From Dipteris shenzhenensis (Eukaryota): a DNA stretch of 64,000 nucleotides. Below are positions 61,998 through 64,000 of the stretch, in pieces; positions within the stretch are counted from its first letter, which is position 1; each line of letters begins with the position of its first letter. The notes under the pieces are model-generated. The model saw only the letters and a list, made by a program, of their open reading frames with translations, did no database searches and was not told the origin of the DNA. The stretch lies in NCBI GenBank assembly GCA_047967505.1, contig CM106538.1. One strand, given 5' to 3'. The position numbers and the translations under genes are program-made.

Positions 61998-63765
61998 ATG
62001 CTCACAGGTATCAAGGACATTATAGTAACAGATGTTGATGTAGAAAAGGTTTCTTGTGTTGCAAGTGACTCAAATATACTCACTAGTATAGAAGACTTGT
62101 CTTGTGTTGCAAGTGACTCGAACAGGCTCACTGGTATAGAAGACTTGTCATGTGTTGCAAGTGACTTGAACAGGCTCACTGGTATAGAAGATTTATCCTG
62201 TGTTGCAAGTGACTCGAACAGGCTCACTGGTATAGAAGACTTGTCTTGTGCTGCAAGTGACTCAAACATGCTTATTGATATAAAAGACAGAAGATGTGTT
62301 GAGAATAATAAGATGGGACCACAAAGAAAAATACACGCAAAGATCAATGGGATAAGTGATGCAATAACAGGAATTGATGATATTAGTGACAATGATCATG
62401 ATGTTACCACTCGAATACAAGGCAAAAGGGGCAGAGAATCTGAGAATATTTTTGCTAGCATGGTAGAGAATATAGATGGGAGAATCTTGAGTTATGAAGG
62501 AGAAATAGTTCAACCACAAAATTCAAGAGGCATTGGCAACAAATTGACATCAATGAACATGTCGACCAGATTGCAATTTCCAAGATATTATAAGGTAACA
62601 AATAATTCTCAAGCCTACACAGCATTTGATTATAAGATGAAGATTCAAGGGAAATGGATTCGAGGTTTGATGGTCTTACAACTAGAAAACGCAAGACGCT
62701 ATTTACAAAAAGAAAGTATGTGAGTGTGAAGAGGCAAAGAATCATGGCATCAATTCCAGAACCAAAGAGACATGTGATGCTATCCGAGGAGAATATGGAA
62801 AGGATGCTTATGCGAGTTTGTTGCAAGAGACTTTGCATTAGAAAAGTTGGGAAAGATGATTGTGCAGCCATACGCCTTGGTATTTGGAGTAAGACAGTGC
62901 CTAATAGACATAACTATCTTCTTCAAGAGTTTTCATGCTTTCTTCATCAAGGCACTAATCAAGATTTGAGCACAGGACACTGTAAACCTAGATTGAAACT
63001 CATGGTTAATGGGAGACCCATTTGCAATCGAGGATATCAATGGTTAACTGGAGTATCACATGGCACATATTGGACCATCTGGGCAGAGGTGAAAGAAAAA
63101 GTTATTCATACAATTCATGGAAATACCTACAAGCTTAAATGCCATGGAAGCACTATAAATGCAACCGCAACATTAAAGCAAGTTCTCGAAGACCATGCAT
63201 TACCGTAGCCTCATCTTCAACAAACAATGCTAGATGGATGTGTCGAATGCCAACAACATCTTCCTTTGGGAATGACAAAGAAGGTCGTCCTAGAGACTGT
63301 CGATAAAACTTTAGAAGACAGAGACGAGAGCATGATTTCACGATCAACCTTGTACAAAATTTGGCGTAGAGATTTTTGCCATGTCAAGACACCATCAAAG
63401 CAAAGGATGTCAAAATGTAAGACATGTGATGAATTAAAAAATGCCATTGAACATAGTAAATGTGAGCAGCAACGAGGAAGATATATTAAATGGCGATCAA
63501 TCCATTTACGTCATGTGCAGGATGCTCGAAAGTTGTATGCTTCTTGGAGAGAGGAAGCTATTTCACATGTCGATAAGTCCATGTGCATCACCATTGATGG
63601 CATGGACCAGAATACAACCACTTTGCCACGATATAGACGTATCCCACTGGCATTGGAGGGCAAACGTGGACTAAAAACACACTTGTGTGGAGTATTAGTA
63701 CATGGATACCGAATTTTTTGTGATGTATGGATTGATAATTTGCATGACCATGGGGAGGTAGCAAG
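61998..63765 (+). pseudogene. Sola/DUF7869-like DNA transposase, N-terminal and first catalytic part, disrupted and truncated
   Basis: An N-terminal ORF carries a 16-aa (48-bp) repeat x5, followed by a frameshift at ~62635. Then come CCKRLC, VNGRPICNRGYQWLTGVS and HGN, with a single in-frame TAG at 63206. After it: SRSTLYKIWRRDF.HV, SKCKTCDE, H...V...RKLY, ITIDGMDQ and HLCGVLVHG. Confidence 0.75.
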
Positions 63766-64000
63766 CTAAGGGTGTCCACTTCCGGACCACTTTCGGGTGA
63801 GTGTGACACCCGCTCGAGTGAAAATACAAAGGTTTTGCTTCGGTCTCCAATACCTCGATCGAGGTATAAGCTCCAATGAAAATCACACACAAACACAACC
63901 GAGCCAAGCCAATACCTCGATCGAGGTACTGCACTTTTTCACCGGACCGAGCCTCCACCTCGATCGAGGCTTGCTGGCAAGCCAGCTATACATGCCACAT
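63766..64000. mobile_element. Start of another repeat/insertion that truncates the transposase
   Basis: Abrupt change of composition after TAA: GGGTGTC...GACACCC inverted pair and three CCTCGATCGAGG palindromes (~63853, 63914, 63958). The other end is outside the window. Confidence 0.5.

Noticed and set aside
61197-62025. Repetitive ORFs (LLEQQVGG / CCTNRE)
   Set aside because: They are translations of the palindromic repeat block in several frames on both strands.

Overview
This is eukaryotic, land-plant-type intergenic or heterochromatic DNA made almost entirely of nested transposable elements, with no intact host gene. Exact target-site duplications (TSDs) allow the nesting to be reconstructed. 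(i) There are two degenerate copies of a Ty1/copia family 'A' (1-~1975 and ~10285-~18620). The second is split by a full-length copia 'B' (12062-17590, TSD AGTGC). (ii) CACTA/En-Spm remnants lie at ~3035-3714 and ~19230-22291. (iii) A young 11.7-kb Ty3/gypsy-like LTR element (24926-36672, minus strand, TSD ACCAC) encodes Gag, four zinc knuckles and a protease. It has no RT, RNase H or integrase and carries a long unknown extension in their place. (iv) Another full-length copia B (40468-58395, minus strand, TSD GGGCC) is itself split by a 12.3-kb Mutator-like element (44097-56430, 9-bp TSD) holding a tandem array of ~420-bp palindromes. Removing (iii) and (iv) restores an older locus with back-to-back TATA boxes at ~58.6 kb. 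These appear to drive a Sola/DUF7869-like transposase rightwards and a ~1000-aa protein with a ParB/Srx (DGQHR-like) motif pattern leftwards. Each gene sits behind a long intron-like stretch full of foldback and tandem repeats. This putative two-gene DNA transposon carrying a ParB-fold accessory protein is the most novel-looking system here. All domain assignments are by eye from motifs and need HMM or structure confirmation.
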